Source of the DNA: a virus
Lineage: Duplodnaviria > Caudoviricetes
IMG/VR virus record: IMGVR_UViG_3300037067_013676
Span: 24,535 to 88,534 of that record
DNA length: 64,000 nucleotides
Direction: 5' to 3' (one strand)
The notes beneath the pieces were generated by a model, which was not told the DNA's origin, did no database searches, and worked only from the letters and a program-made list of their open reading frames with translations. This document shows, in pieces, positions 1-9,900 of this stretch (positions are counted from its first letter, which is position 1; each line of letters opens with the position of its first letter). Position numbers and translations under genes: made by a program.

Positions 1-117
1 TTATATGGATGGTTATTTATGATTTGTGGATTTGGAATAATAGTCTTGTGGATTTATAGAAAACCAAGAAATTGGGATATTCCAAAACCTAAAATTAAAG
101 AAAGCGAGATAAAATGA
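1..117 (+). CDS. C-terminal fragment of a small membrane protein (truncated by window start)
   Basis: Frame 1 is open from base 1: LYGWLFMICGFGIIVLWIYRKPRNW...EIK*. Hydrophobic stretch; its TGA overlaps the next ATG (ATGA at 114-117). Confidence 0.6.
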   Translation, partial: LYGWLFMICGFGIIVLWIYRKPRNWDIPKPKIKESEIK

Positions 118-995
118 TTTTGTCGAATGATCATAATTTGCCTTCAAGTTTAGTATCGGTTTTGACACAAAAGAACTACGATCTAACCAAGTCCGACCCA
201 CTTAGAATTGGAGTAACTACTTTAAACAATCCTCCAAGAATAAGACAGTTAATGGTTAGACATTGGAATGAAATTGAAGAGGATTTGTCGGAACAACTTT
301 TTAGACTTTTAGGCGAAGCAACACACTATGTTTTGGCTCAAACCAATCCACACCAAAAGTTAATAGAAGAAAAACTTACTGAGGAAGTGGATGGAATTAC
401 TTTAGTAGCCAAACCAGACCTCTATGATGACGAGTTAAAATCAATCGAGGATTGGAAAGTAACCTCCTGTTGGTCAGTTAAAAGTGTTAAAAGTGATTGG
501 ATCTCACAATGCAATGCGTACGCTTGGTTTTTGGTAAGGGCTGGGTTTGAGGTCAAAAAAGTCTTTATTAATGCCATTCTAAAGGATTGGAGTAAGATGG
601 AGAAGCTTAGGTTTGGTCCAACCTACCCCCCAATACCCTTTAAACGCATAGAGATACCTCTGTGGTCGTTTGATGAGCAGGAGAAGTATATAAGAGATAG
701 GATAGCTCTATATAAGTCAACCTTGAACCTCAGTGACGAAAATTTACCTATCTGTAGTGAGGAAGAGAGATGGGCTTCGCCAGAAAAATGGGCAATTCAC
801 AAGAATAAAAATAAGACAGCTAAAAAGCTATGTTCTTCTTATGAAGAAGCTAAGGAATATGCGAATAAGATTAAAGATACTAAAAATAAATATAACATTA
901 TAAAAAGAGAAGGTTGTGATACACGTTGTATGAGTTACTGCATTTGTAATAAATTTTGTAGTTATTGGGTCTCAAAGTATGGTGGTAAAAAATGA
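114..995 (+). CDS. Cas4-like PD-(D/E)XK exonuclease (solo, phage type)
   Basis: GEATHYVL, KPDLYD...IEDWKVT (PD-(D/E)XK), QCNAYAWF, and C-terminal Cys cluster (RCMSYCICNKFC). Confidence 0.8.
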   Translation: MILSNDHNLPSSLVSVLTQKNYDLTKSDPLRIGVTTLNNPPRIRQLMVRHWNEIEEDLSEQLFRLLGEATHYVLAQTNPHQKLIEEKLTEEVDGITLVAKPDLYDDELKSIEDWKVTSCWSVKSVKSDWISQCNAYAWFLVRAGFEVKKVFINAILKDWSKMEKLRFGPTYPPIPFKRIEIPLWSFDEQEKYIRDRIALYKSTLNLSDENLPICSEEERWASPEKWAIHKNKNKTAKKLCSSYEEAKEYANKIKDTKNKYNIIKREGCDTRCMSYCICNKFCSYWVSKYGGKK

Positions 996-1600
996 AAATA
1001 ATTAAACCATTAGTAGAGTTATTATGGATTACTCCAAATGCAGAAAAAATAATAGAAATAGCTAGTAGAACATGCTATAAAAGTGAATCTAAAATTACAG
1101 AAGATTCTGCTGGAAATTTTTGTAAGATGATTATAAAAAGAGGTCATCTTGCTATGATTGAACATGGAGTAGCATCTTTAAAATTTATAATTGATCGTGG
1201 GCTTAGTCACGAATTAGTTCGTCATAGACTTTGTTCCTTTGCTCAAGAATCTACAAGATGGGTATCTTATAAAAATGAAATAGAAGTAATAGAACCACTA
1301 AATTTAGATGAATTATCAAGAATTAAATGGATAAGTGCTATTAAATTTGCGGAAAATAGATATAAAGATTTATTAAATAATGGTATTAAACCAGAAATGG
1401 CACGCAGTGTATTACCAACTTGTTTAAAAACTGAAATAGTAGTTACTGCTAATTTTAGAGAATGGCTAAAAATATTTGAACTGCGTATAAGTAATACAGC
1501 ACATCCACAAATAAAATCTATAATGATTGAAGCAAAAGAAATATTAAAAAAACAATGTCCTAATATATTTGGGAATATTAATGAAAACAAAAACAATTAA
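992..1600 (+). CDS. thyX: FAD-dependent thymidylate synthase
   Basis: ThyX signature RGLSHELVRHRLCSFAQESTR; ARSVLP...TEIVVTANFREW; HPQI. Confidence 0.95.
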   Translation: MKIIKPLVELLWITPNAEKIIEIASRTCYKSESKITEDSAGNFCKMIIKRGHLAMIEHGVASLKFIIDRGLSHELVRHRLCSFAQESTRWVSYKNEIEVIEPLNLDELSRIKWISAIKFAENRYKDLLNNGIKPEMARSVLPTCLKTEIVVTANFREWLKIFELRISNTAHPQIKSIMIEAKEILKKQCPNIFGNINENKNN

Positions 1601-1793
1601 AGAATTAAGAGATAAACATAGAAGAGAAATTGAAGAATTCCAAAAGAAATGTAAACATTCTGATATTTCAGGTTGGATTGATGAATGGTGGGCTCCTGGT
1701 CATTCTACTGGTAAACAAGTAAAAGTTTGCAATATATGTGAAAAAGTTGTAGAAGCAACTAAATCTACTTTTGGAGTTATTAAAAGTGAGTAG
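1581..1793 (+). CDS. small hypothetical protein, possible Zn-binding
   Basis: Coupled ORF, likely ATG at 1581; CKH...CNIC. Confidence 0.6.
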   Translation: MKTKTIKELRDKHRREIEEFQKKCKHSDISGWIDEWWAPGHSTGKQVKVCNICEKVVEATKSTFGVIKSE

Positions 1794-2571
1794 AAATAGA
1801 AGAATAGAAAAAATTTGCCCAATCTGTTCTCATAGTTTTACATCATATATAAATAGAAATAGAATTTATTGTAATAATAAATGTTATTTTAAGTGGTTAA
1901 AATTACATCCAAATAAAGGCGCAAAGGGGCATACTTATGTTATGAAAGATGAACATAAACTTAAGATTTCAAAAGCATTGAAAGGTAAAAAAAGAATATT
2001 TAATCATAAACCAGACTGCCCATGTTGTATATGTAAAGCTAAAAGAGGTGAAACTAAAGGAAAAAATGCTAATAATTGGAAAGGAGATAAAGCACTAAGA
2101 AGACAAAAATACTATTGTATAGAACCTAACTGTAAAAACGAAATATCTTATGAAAATTTTAAAAACGGTAATAAAAGATGTAAACCATGCTCTAAAAGTG
2201 GAAATAGAAATTCTTTTTTTAATAAAAAACACAGCAAAGAACAAAAAGAAAAGTGGAGTTTAAATCGTAAATTAGAGTTAAATGCTCATTGGTTAAATGG
2301 TAAATCGTTTGAAGTTTATCCTTTAGGTTGGAACAAAACATTTAAAGAACAAATTCGTTATAGAGATGGTTATAAGTGTCAATTATGTGGTAAAAATCAA
2401 TTAGAAAATGGAAGAAAACTTCACGTACATCATATTGATTATGATAAAAAGAACTTAGATGTAAATAATTTGATAAGTTTATGCACAACTTGCCACACCA
2501 AAACCAACTTTAATAGAAAATATTGGAAAGAATATTTTAATAAATTATGGAAAAGGGAAAAGGTAATATAA
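1786..2571 (+). CDS. free-standing HNH homing endonuclease (family A)
   Basis: CQLCG...LHVHHIDYDKKN...NLISLCTTCH; N-terminal Cys-rich and NUMOD3-like modules; GTG at 1786 after GGAG. Confidence 0.85.
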   Translation: MSRNRRIEKICPICSHSFTSYINRNRIYCNNKCYFKWLKLHPNKGAKGHTYVMKDEHKLKISKALKGKKRIFNHKPDCPCCICKAKRGETKGKNANNWKGDKALRRQKYYCIEPNCKNEISYENFKNGNKRCKPCSKSGNRNSFFNKKHSKEQKEKWSLNRKLELNAHWLNGKSFEVYPLGWNKTFKEQIRYRDGYKCQLCGKNQLENGRKLHVHHIDYDKKNLDVNNLISLCTTCHTKTNFNRKYWKEYFNKLWKREKVI

Positions 2572-3203
2572 TTTTAGTTGGGGGTGGTAGTAGTGTTAGT
2601 GATGGTATTAAATTAGGACTGTGGGATAAAATTAAAAATACTAAGTCGGATATATGGTCAATTAATTTTGCATTTTTAACGATTCCATATCAGATTCAAA
2701 GGGAGATTTGGGTGGATATAAGCTTCTTTAAGAACAATATAGAAGCTATTCAGAAACTATATTCACAAGGTGTTTCTTGCCACGCTAAAAAACATCAATT
2801 TTATAGAAATATACCAGAAATCAATCTTTACGAAACTACCAGAAATCCACAAGAAATGGATAAGAAGTTATATATTGGTAGAATGGGGTTAAGTGGATTT
2901 TTTGCATTGCATTTAGCAGTTAAAGAAGAGTCAGATAATATATTTTTGCTTGGTTACGATTTCTCCGCAATAAATGGAAAAACCCATTACTATCAAGATA
3001 CTCATAAAGTTCAATCTACTGGAATAGGGCATCCAGAGTTATATTTGAAAGGTGATAAACCTAAAGACGAAGTGAAAGACTGGGAAAACTTTTGCTCTCC
3101 AGATATAAAATCTAAGATATATAATGTTAGTCCACAGAGTGCTATTGAATGTTTTTCTAAGATTACATATGAAGAGTTCTTTAATAAATTGGAGGAAAAA
3201 TGA
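2547..3203 (+). CDS. Maf/DUF115 (MptE-like) putative glycosyltransferase
   Basis: IILVGGGSS, WSINFAF, GLSGFFALHLA...IFLLGYDFS, NVSPQSAIECF pattern of the DUF115/CstII-like Rossmann fold. Confidence 0.65.
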   Translation: MEKGKGNIILVGGGSSVSDGIKLGLWDKIKNTKSDIWSINFAFLTIPYQIQREIWVDISFFKNNIEAIQKLYSQGVSCHAKKHQFYRNIPEINLYETTRNPQEMDKKLYIGRMGLSGFFALHLAVKEESDNIFLLGYDFSAINGKTHYYQDTHKVQSTGIGHPELYLKGDKPKDEVKDWENFCSPDIKSKIYNVSPQSAIECFSKITYEEFFNKLEEK

Positions 3204-3385
3204 AATTTGAAATAGATACACAAAGAACCGTAGAATATAATTATATTAGTATTTCTTTGACAAAAAATGATATTTCTGATTTACTTAAATTTGGTGAAAT
3301 TCGTCAATTTACTGAAGGTATGGAAAAATTCGTTAAAAATAATATAATAATAAAATTAGTTGAAAATAATAAAATAAATGAATAA
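3200..3385 (+). CDS. hypothetical protein
   Basis: 61-aa ORF overlapping both neighbours, with SD GGAGG upstream. Confidence 0.6.
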   Translation: MKFEIDTQRTVEYNYISISLTKNDISDLLKFGEIRQFTEGMEKFVKNNIIIKLVENNKINE

Positions 3386-4055
3386 ACCTGAAATTTCAAT
3401 CCTCTTGCCATCTCTAAGACCAGAACTTCTAAAAAGAAGTATTCAAGAGTTTGCTGATACTAATTCTAATGTAGACTATCAAATTGTGGTGGTTAGTCCT
3501 TTTAAAGTTCAATCACCTAAAGTTAAATGGATATTTGAAGGAGAACCAAGAGGTAGTGTTTGGGCAACTAATACTGCTTATACTTATTCAGAAGGTAAAT
3601 ATGCAGTATATTTTAGTGATGATGTAAGCCCAACCAAAGATTGCCTCAAGAATATGTTATCTTTTATGAAAGATAAAGAAACTCCATTTATTGGTGCTTT
3701 TAAGATGCTTACACCAAATAATGCCCAGATCGGCCCCTTTGGTTGTTATGAAAAACTTTATGCCTGCTACGGATGTTTGAGTGAAGAAACTTGTGCCTTA
3801 TTGGAAGGAGTATTTTATCATAAGTTTCTATATAGTTGGTGTGATATTGATTTAGCTATGAGATGTTATTCTAAAGGTGGTAAGATAGAAATTTGCCAAG
3901 ATGCTTGTGTAATACCAAGACAAGTAGAGGATGAAATTTATAAAAATCATAGACAAACATTTAATCAAGATTTTAATACTTTTTGTGATTTGTGGCATCC
4001 AACGTATGGTGGTAATTTACCAAGAGAAATTGGGGCAATAAATCATAAACTATAA
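3378..4055 (+). CDS. GT-A fold (GT2-like) glycosyltransferase
   Basis: ISILLPSLRPE, GKYAVYFSDDV (DD motif), WCDIDLAMR. Confidence 0.8.
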   Translation: MNKPEISILLPSLRPELLKRSIQEFADTNSNVDYQIVVVSPFKVQSPKVKWIFEGEPRGSVWATNTAYTYSEGKYAVYFSDDVSPTKDCLKNMLSFMKDKETPFIGAFKMLTPNNAQIGPFGCYEKLYACYGCLSEETCALLEGVFYHKFLYSWCDIDLAMRCYSKGGKIEICQDACVIPRQVEDEIYKNHRQTFNQDFNTFCDLWHPTYGGNLPREIGAINHKL

Positions 4056-4772
4056 ATGCTTTTACACATTATAATTCCAACACATTTTAGGCATCAAAAA
4101 TTAATGAACTGCCTTGGTTCGATTGAGCAAGCCAGAACACTTTTAGACTGCTATTCTTATGTTTTTGTCTATTATAGTGATAAAGAAGAATTTGAGAAAG
4201 ATTCAATAGGTTTAATTAATTATAAAAACATATTACCTAAACTTTTAGAAAAACCCTACTTCGCTTCTGAGTTTTGGAATGATCATATCAAATCATATAA
4301 TGCAGATATATACATTTATCTTAATGATGATATTGTCTTAGAAATGAATGCGTTAAAAAGAGTAGTAAATATAATGAATGAGAAGTTTAATGATTTAGAT
4401 GGGGTTGTGGCGATAACGCAAGAAAATATTCCTGAAAACCAAGCTTGCCCAACAGCTTTTGGTGCAATAGGAACTAAATTTACAGATAGATTCCCAGATA
4501 GAAAGGTTTTCTGTGAAGATTATGAACGACTATATTTAGATAGTGAACTCGGTGAATATGCTAAAAGTCAGGGGAAATTATTTCATAGTTTAGATAAAAG
4601 CATGGCCCCCCTACTAACACACTTTCATCCTGGATTTTTCCCTAATATGAAAGATTCCACACATGATGATGTTAGAACGCATTTAAGAAAAGATAAAATT
4701 ACTAATAATAGAAGAAAATCTAAAAACCTTCTTTGGGGAAGGGATTTTACATTAATAAATGCTAAAAATTAA
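4056..4772 (+). CDS. GT2-like glycosyltransferase
   Basis: IIIPTHFR..KLMNCLGSI, YIYLNDDIV, YLDSEL, HFHP. Confidence 0.75.
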   Translation: MLLHIIIPTHFRHQKLMNCLGSIEQARTLLDCYSYVFVYYSDKEEFEKDSIGLINYKNILPKLLEKPYFASEFWNDHIKSYNADIYIYLNDDIVLEMNALKRVVNIMNEKFNDLDGVVAITQENIPENQACPTAFGAIGTKFTDRFPDRKVFCEDYERLYLDSELGEYAKSQGKLFHSLDKSMAPLLTHFHPGFFPNMKDSTHDDVRTHLRKDKITNNRRKSKNLLWGRDFTLINAKN

Positions 4773-5487
4773 TCTATTAGTCCCAACAAGAAGTAGACCA
4801 AAATATCTTAAAGAATTGTTTCTTAATTTAGCATATACTATTCCTTCTTTCCGTTCAAATCACATAGAATTATTTTTAAAAATAGACGAAGATGATATAG
4901 AAACAAAAAAAGCTATTTCAATTTTAGAAAGAAATGAATATCCATTTAATTGGCATTATATTTCTAATCAAAAAAGCGATTTCTTAAATAGAGATTATTA
5001 TAACAATTTAAGTAGTATTGTTGCCGAAGGACTTTTGTGGGGAATTGCCGATGATGTTAGATTTTTTACTGATGATTGGTATAAATCATTAACAAATAAG
5101 GTAGAAGAATACTTAAAAGATAAACCAGATAGAATTGCTTATATATCAGTAAATGAAGAAGGAAGCACAGCTAAACATCCTTGTTTCCCCTTAATTACTA
5201 AAGAAGCTTTTCAAGTATTAGGCGAATATCACTGTTCAGAACTATTATCTTGGGGAAGTGATAGAATATTATGGGAGATATATAGTGGAATTGGGCGAAC
5301 CCTACATATACCAGAAATAAGTATTAAGCATTTAAGTTATCATGATGGTTCAGCACCTTTTGATGAAACAGCTAAAAGTATGAAAGAGAGATTCTTTAGA
5401 AATCCAAATGCACATAATCTTATTAGTGAAACTAAAGTTCCCCAACAAATAGAGAAATTAAAAAAATATATTGAGGAGTTTAAATAA
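4759..5487 (+). CDS. GT2-like glycosyltransferase
   Basis: LLVPTRSRP, LWGIADDVRF, CFPLI, WGSDRIL, IKHLSY. Confidence 0.75.
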   Translation: MLKINLLVPTRSRPKYLKELFLNLAYTIPSFRSNHIELFLKIDEDDIETKKAISILERNEYPFNWHYISNQKSDFLNRDYYNNLSSIVAEGLLWGIADDVRFFTDDWYKSLTNKVEEYLKDKPDRIAYISVNEEGSTAKHPCFPLITKEAFQVLGEYHCSELLSWGSDRILWEIYSGIGRTLHIPEISIKHLSYHDGSAPFDETAKSMKERFFRNPNAHNLISETKVPQQIEKLKKYIEEFK

Positions 5488-6614
5488 TGTGTTTAACTAA
5501 TGAATGGTCAGAAAAGAATATTTACAACAGCTTTAATTCTTTCGCTAAGGGGCTAACCTATTACGAATATTATGAAAGTATAAACAATTGGCGATTAGGT
5601 AAAATTAAAACTCCGAGAAGTCCTGTGGAAGTTTCCCTTGATCCGATTCATGCATGTAATTTGAAATGTTCCTGGTGCAATGCCTCTCGTTATTTAAAAG
5701 AAGGATTAGAAAATAGACGTATGAGTGATGAACATTTAATGAAGTTAATTACTTTTTTAGCTAAGTGGGGGGTTCGTGGTACATGTTGGGGAGGTGGCGG
5801 TGAAAGTTTACTCCACTCAAAAATGCAAGATGGTTTAGAGTTGGCATATTCTCTAGGTCTTGAAAATAGCATAGCTACAAACGGAACACTTTTCAATTCT
5901 AATTTAATAAATACTGCAATTAAAACCTGTAAATGGATTGGAATGTCAATAGACGCCGCTACTAAAGAAACATACTTTGAATCTAGAAAAATAGATTTAT
6001 TTGATAAAGCAATTTCTAATTTACAAGAATTATCAGAAAGAAGCAAATCTACTAACTCACAAGTAGATATAGCATATAAATTTTTAATCTTTAAAGAAAA
6101 TCAACATGAAATATATAAAGCTTGCGAATTAGCCAAAAAAATTGGAGTAAAAACATTTCACTGTCGACCAGCTTCTTACACTCACCAAGGGATGGAATTA
6201 AAATTAGATAATCCCTACGATATGAATTTAATAGAAGAAGAATTTGAAAAATGTAGAGAACTTGAAGATAAAAGTTTTAACGTGTTTTTGATTAGACATA
6301 AATTTAATCCTGATTTTTCAGCAAAAAGAGATTTTAGTCAATGTTGGGCGGGACCATTATGTATTCAAATATGTGCAGATAATAATGTATATAATTGCCC
6401 TGATACTCGTCATTTAGAAAGTTTTAAATTAGGAGAACATTATCCAAATCCAGAAAAAATATTAGAATTTTGGGGCAGTAAAAAACATTATAATATTGTA
6501 TTTAATGAAGCTTGTAAAATATGTAACTGGAGATGCACTTTTGGATACTATGCAAAACAATTTCAAGATTTGTTCATTGATAATAACGACCCACTATTCA
6601 GGAACTTTGTATAA
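5487..6614 (+). CDS. radical SAM protein with SPASM/twitch domain
   Basis: CNLKCSWC (CX3CX2C), WGGGGESLL, IATNGT, SIDAA; C-terminal CWAG...VYNC...CKICNWRC. Confidence 0.9.
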   Translation: MCLTNEWSEKNIYNSFNSFAKGLTYYEYYESINNWRLGKIKTPRSPVEVSLDPIHACNLKCSWCNASRYLKEGLENRRMSDEHLMKLITFLAKWGVRGTCWGGGGESLLHSKMQDGLELAYSLGLENSIATNGTLFNSNLINTAIKTCKWIGMSIDAATKETYFESRKIDLFDKAISNLQELSERSKSTNSQVDIAYKFLIFKENQHEIYKACELAKKIGVKTFHCRPASYTHQGMELKLDNPYDMNLIEEEFEKCRELEDKSFNVFLIRHKFNPDFSAKRDFSQCWAGPLCIQICADNNVYNCPDTRHLESFKLGEHYPNPEKILEFWGSKKHYNIVFNEACKICNWRCTFGYYAKQFQDLFIDNNDPLFRNFV

Positions 6615-6641
6615 AAATATGGAACAAGAAAGAAGAATTTA

Positions 6642-7265
6642 ATGGAAAAATCAACTAATAAAGTTGGCAAATATAAAAGAACAGAAAAACATCTTGAAAA
6701 TTTAAGAAAATATGCTTTTAAAAAAGGTATGATTCCTTGGAATAAAGGTTTAACTACAAAAACAGATGAAAGAGTTAAAAAATATGGGGAGAAATCTGGC
6801 AATACTAGAAAAGGTAAATTGGTTGGAATTTTTAGTCCTAATCATGGTAGAAAACACACAGAAGAAGAAATAATAAAAATGAAAAACGCAGCAATTAAAG
6901 ATGGAAGAAAACCACCATCCAGAAAAGACTGTGAAAATATTATTTTTAATTTTAAAAATTTACCAAATAAACCAGAAAAAGTACTTATTAATTTATTAAA
7001 TACTATTTTACCAAACGAATATAAATACATTGGAAACTGTAAATTATGGATTGAAGATTTTAATCCAGATTTTATAAACTGCAATGGGCAAAAGAAAATT
7101 ATAGAATTATTTGGTGATTACTGGCATAGAAATACTCAAGAAAGAGACAAAAATCGTTTAGAAACATATGCTAAATATGGATACAATACCTTAGTTATAT
7201 GGGAACATGAGTTAAAAGATTTACATAATGTGAGAAATAAAATATTAGAATGGAGTAAATTATAA
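6642..7265 (+). CDS. NUMOD3 + Vsr/DUF559-type homing endonuclease (family C)
   Basis: PWNKGLT and GRKHTEE NUMOD3 motifs; NKPEK...FNPDF...IIELFGDYWH...LVIWE. Confidence 0.8.
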   Translation: MEKSTNKVGKYKRTEKHLENLRKYAFKKGMIPWNKGLTTKTDERVKKYGEKSGNTRKGKLVGIFSPNHGRKHTEEEIIKMKNAAIKDGRKPPSRKDCENIIFNFKNLPNKPEKVLINLLNTILPNEYKYIGNCKLWIEDFNPDFINCNGQKKIIELFGDYWHRNTQERDKNRLETYAKYGYNTLVIWEHELKDLHNVRNKILEWSKL

Positions 7266-7642
7266 TGGAAAGAGACCCTGGCGATATTTTGGATCGAGGT
7301 TCTATTGCTAAACTAAAGCATGAAAGAATTAGAAATCCTGAAAATGATAAAGAATGGATTGCTTTTGAAAAAGAGTTAAAAATACTTATTAAAAAATATC
7401 CTAATCTTTTTATAAATGATTTGTTTGAACTATTATATAGTATTAATTCATTTATTTGGGAAAAAGAATCGGATATGAGACAAGGTAAATTAGATGGAAT
7501 TCTTTACGAAGTTGGTATTAGAGCTATAGAAATTCGTAAACTTAATAATTTTAGAATATCAATAAAAAATCTTATAAATAAGTTAACTGAAAGTGGATTT
7601 ATTGACATAAAACATAATCATCTTAGTGAAGGAACTAAATAA
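7265..7642 (+). CDS. DUF6165-like helical protein
   Basis: PGDILDR..I.KLKHERI...INSFIWEKESDMR...LNNFR..IKNLIN resembles DUF6165 proteins, recognised from memory. Confidence 0.5.
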   Translation: MERDPGDILDRGSIAKLKHERIRNPENDKEWIAFEKELKILIKKYPNLFINDLFELLYSINSFIWEKESDMRQGKLDGILYEVGIRAIEIRKLNNFRISIKNLINKLTESGFIDIKHNHLSEGTK

Positions 7643-9900
7643 TGAATAAAGTTTGTGTAATTAAGCCCAACGGAAATTCACAATATTGCCAAGACTTGCA
7701 AGAATACAAGTCAGTGGAGGTTCCTATCTGGCAGTTAGTTTTAGCTTCCCACTATAATACAGATTTACTTATAGATGGAGAAGTTAACAATCTGTCCAAT
7801 CAACAAATAGTAGATAAAGCAATTAACGAGTTTAAGGCTAAAAAAGTAGTTATCATTGCAACCGGAAATCATCCTAGCTCTTTTATACAGCAGCGTGGAG
7901 AAATGATTAAACTTAGTTGTATGTTTGAGAAGTATAAAGATGTTGAAATAATAACTCACAGTAAATTACCAGTAAATCCTTGTCAATATAAAGTTAATTG
8001 GGATTTGATAGATTTTAATAAGTACAGGGCGAGTAATTGGCATTGTGTAGATGAACAAACTGAAATTCTTACAGATCAAGGATGGAAGTTCTTTAAAGAT
8101 TTAGATAAAACAGAAAAAGTAGCTACATTAAACATAAATAAAAATTGTGTTGAATATCAAAAACCAAACAAATACTATAACTATGATTATGATGGAGAAA
8201 TGTATAGTTATAATGGAAGATTTGTAGATATGTTAGTAACATTAAACCATAAGTTATTAGTTAGTGGATATAATAATTATAAATGGAAATTAATAGAAGC
8301 TAATAAGACAAAAAAATGTATTCGTTTTAATAGATGTTTTAATTACGATAAAAAAGATGTTAATGATTTTATATTTCCTCAAATAGATACATATAGACTT
8401 AGAAGAAATGTTAAAAGTTTGTTAATGGATGATTTTTTATTATTTCTTGGAATTTATTTATCTGAAGGAAGTACATATAGAAATAATGTTGCCATTTCTC
8501 AATTAAATAAAGGAAAAAGAAAAGTAATTAAACAATGGATAGAAAAATTAAAATACCGTGTTACAGACAATAAAAAAACACCTTTTTTATCAATAAGTAA
8601 TAAACAGTTAGTTCTCTATTTTAAACAGTTTGGTAAAGCAAAAGATAAGTTTATCCCAAGAGAATTATTAAATTCTTTAAGTAAAAGACAATGTAGAATA
8701 TTATTAAAAGCATTAATGTTTGGAGATGGTTCTTGGGATAAAGAAAAAATAGAAAAAAGTGGATACTATTGTTCAACATCCAAACAACTATCTAACGATG
8801 TACAAGAATTAGCATTAAAAGGTGGCTATATGGCTTCTTTTGTAGAAACAAAATGGCATCTTAATAAGGGTCATTTTGGAAAAAATGTAGTTTACAGTGT
8901 AAATATTTGTGATACTAGAAAATATCCAGCAGTTGATGTTAGAACAAGAAAAACAGAAATTATAAATTACAAAGGAAAAGTTTATTGTGTAGAAGTAGAT
9001 AATCATATTATATATATACGTAGAAATGGCAAGTGTCATTGGACTGGAAATAGTATGACAAACAATTTAAATCCTTCCCCATATGGGGTTAATTATAGTT
9101 CAGTTTCATGCCCACATAAATGTAATTACTGCGTAGTTAAACGCTTTTACGGAAATAAGTATATTGAAAGAGATTTAGAAGATATAACGAGAGATTTTGA
9201 TGAATTAGCAAAAAGAAATGTAATTAATATTAAAATGATGGACGAATTATTTGTATCTAAACCAGAAAGAGTTAAAAAGATATGTCAAGCTATTATAGAT
9301 AAAGGATATAATTTTAATATTTGGGCTTACGCTAGAATAGATATTATGAATGATGAAATCCTAAAAATAATGAGAAAAGCTGGTATTAGGTGGCTGGCAT
9401 TCGGCGTAGAATCAGGAAACGATAAGATTAGAAAAGATGTTCTCAAAGGTAATTTTACCAAAAATAAAATTAAAGAAGTCATAAAAATGACTAAAGATAA
9501 TGATATTTGTGTTATAGGTAATTTTATGTTTGGTTTTTGGGAAGATAATAAAGATACTATGCAAGAAACTTTAGATTTAGCAATAGAGTTAAATTGCGAG
9601 TATGTAAACTTTTATTGCTTGACCGCATTTCCCGAAACAAATTTTCATAATGATTTGTTGTCTAAGGGAGTTCCACTGCCAACGAGCTGGGAACAATATG
9701 CCCAAATAAGCGAACAATTCAAAGCACTCCCAACCAAATACTTAAAAGCTGAAGAAGTATTACGTTTTAGGGACAGAGCTTTCCAAATTTATTTCAGAGA
9801 AAGTACATATATAGATATGATTGAATCTAAATTTGGGGCAAAAACAATAAAACATATAGATACAATGATACATAAAAGAATAGGAAGGTTGTACTGCTAA
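7642..9900 (+). CDS. cobalamin-binding-type radical SAM enzyme interrupted by an intein
   Basis: SCPHKCNYC after the intein; MDELF, WAYARID, FGVESGND, GNFMFG; 416 aa after removing the 336-aa intein. Confidence 0.88.
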   Translation: MNKVCVIKPNGNSQYCQDLQEYKSVEVPIWQLVLASHYNTDLLIDGEVNNLSNQQIVDKAINEFKAKKVVIIATGNHPSSFIQQRGEMIKLSCMFEKYKDVEIITHSKLPVNPCQYKVNWDLIDFNKYRASNWHCVDEQTEILTDQGWKFFKDLDKTEKVATLNINKNCVEYQKPNKYYNYDYDGEMYSYNGRFVDMLVTLNHKLLVSGYNNYKWKLIEANKTKKCIRFNRCFNYDKKDVNDFIFPQIDTYRLRRNVKSLLMDDFLLFLGIYLSEGSTYRNNVAISQLNKGKRKVIKQWIEKLKYRVTDNKKTPFLSISNKQLVLYFKQFGKAKDKFIPRELLNSLSKRQCRILLKALMFGDGSWDKEKIEKSGYYCSTSKQLSNDVQELALKGGYMASFVETKWHLNKGHFGKNVVYSVNICDTRKYPAVDVRTRKTEIINYKGKVYCVEVDNHIIYIRRNGKCHWTGNSMTNNLNPSPYGVNYSSVSCPHKCNYCVVKRFYGNKYIERDLEDITRDFDELAKRNVINIKMMDELFVSKPERVKKICQAIIDKGYNFNIWAYARIDIMNDEILKIMRKAGIRWLAFGVESGNDKIRKDVLKGNFTKNKIKEVIKMTKDNDICVIGNFMFGFWEDNKDTMQETLDLAIELNCEYVNFYCLTAFPETNFHNDLLSKGVPLPTSWEQYAQISEQFKALPTKYLKAEEVLRFRDRAFQIYFRESTYIDMIESKFGAKTIKHIDTMIHKRIGRLYC
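8044..9051 (+). mobile_element. intein with LAGLIDADG homing endonuclease (336 aa)
   Basis: Starts CVDEQTEILTDQGW (block A); VTLNH (block B TxxH); FLGIYLSEGS and LKALMFGDGS LAGLIDADG motifs; ends KVYCVEVDNH...HWTGN followed by Ser +1. Confidence 0.93.

Noticed and set aside
114-995. Cas4-like gene as part of a CRISPR system
   Set aside because: No cas1/cas2 and no repeat-spacer array in the window; solo Cas4-like nucleases are common in phages.
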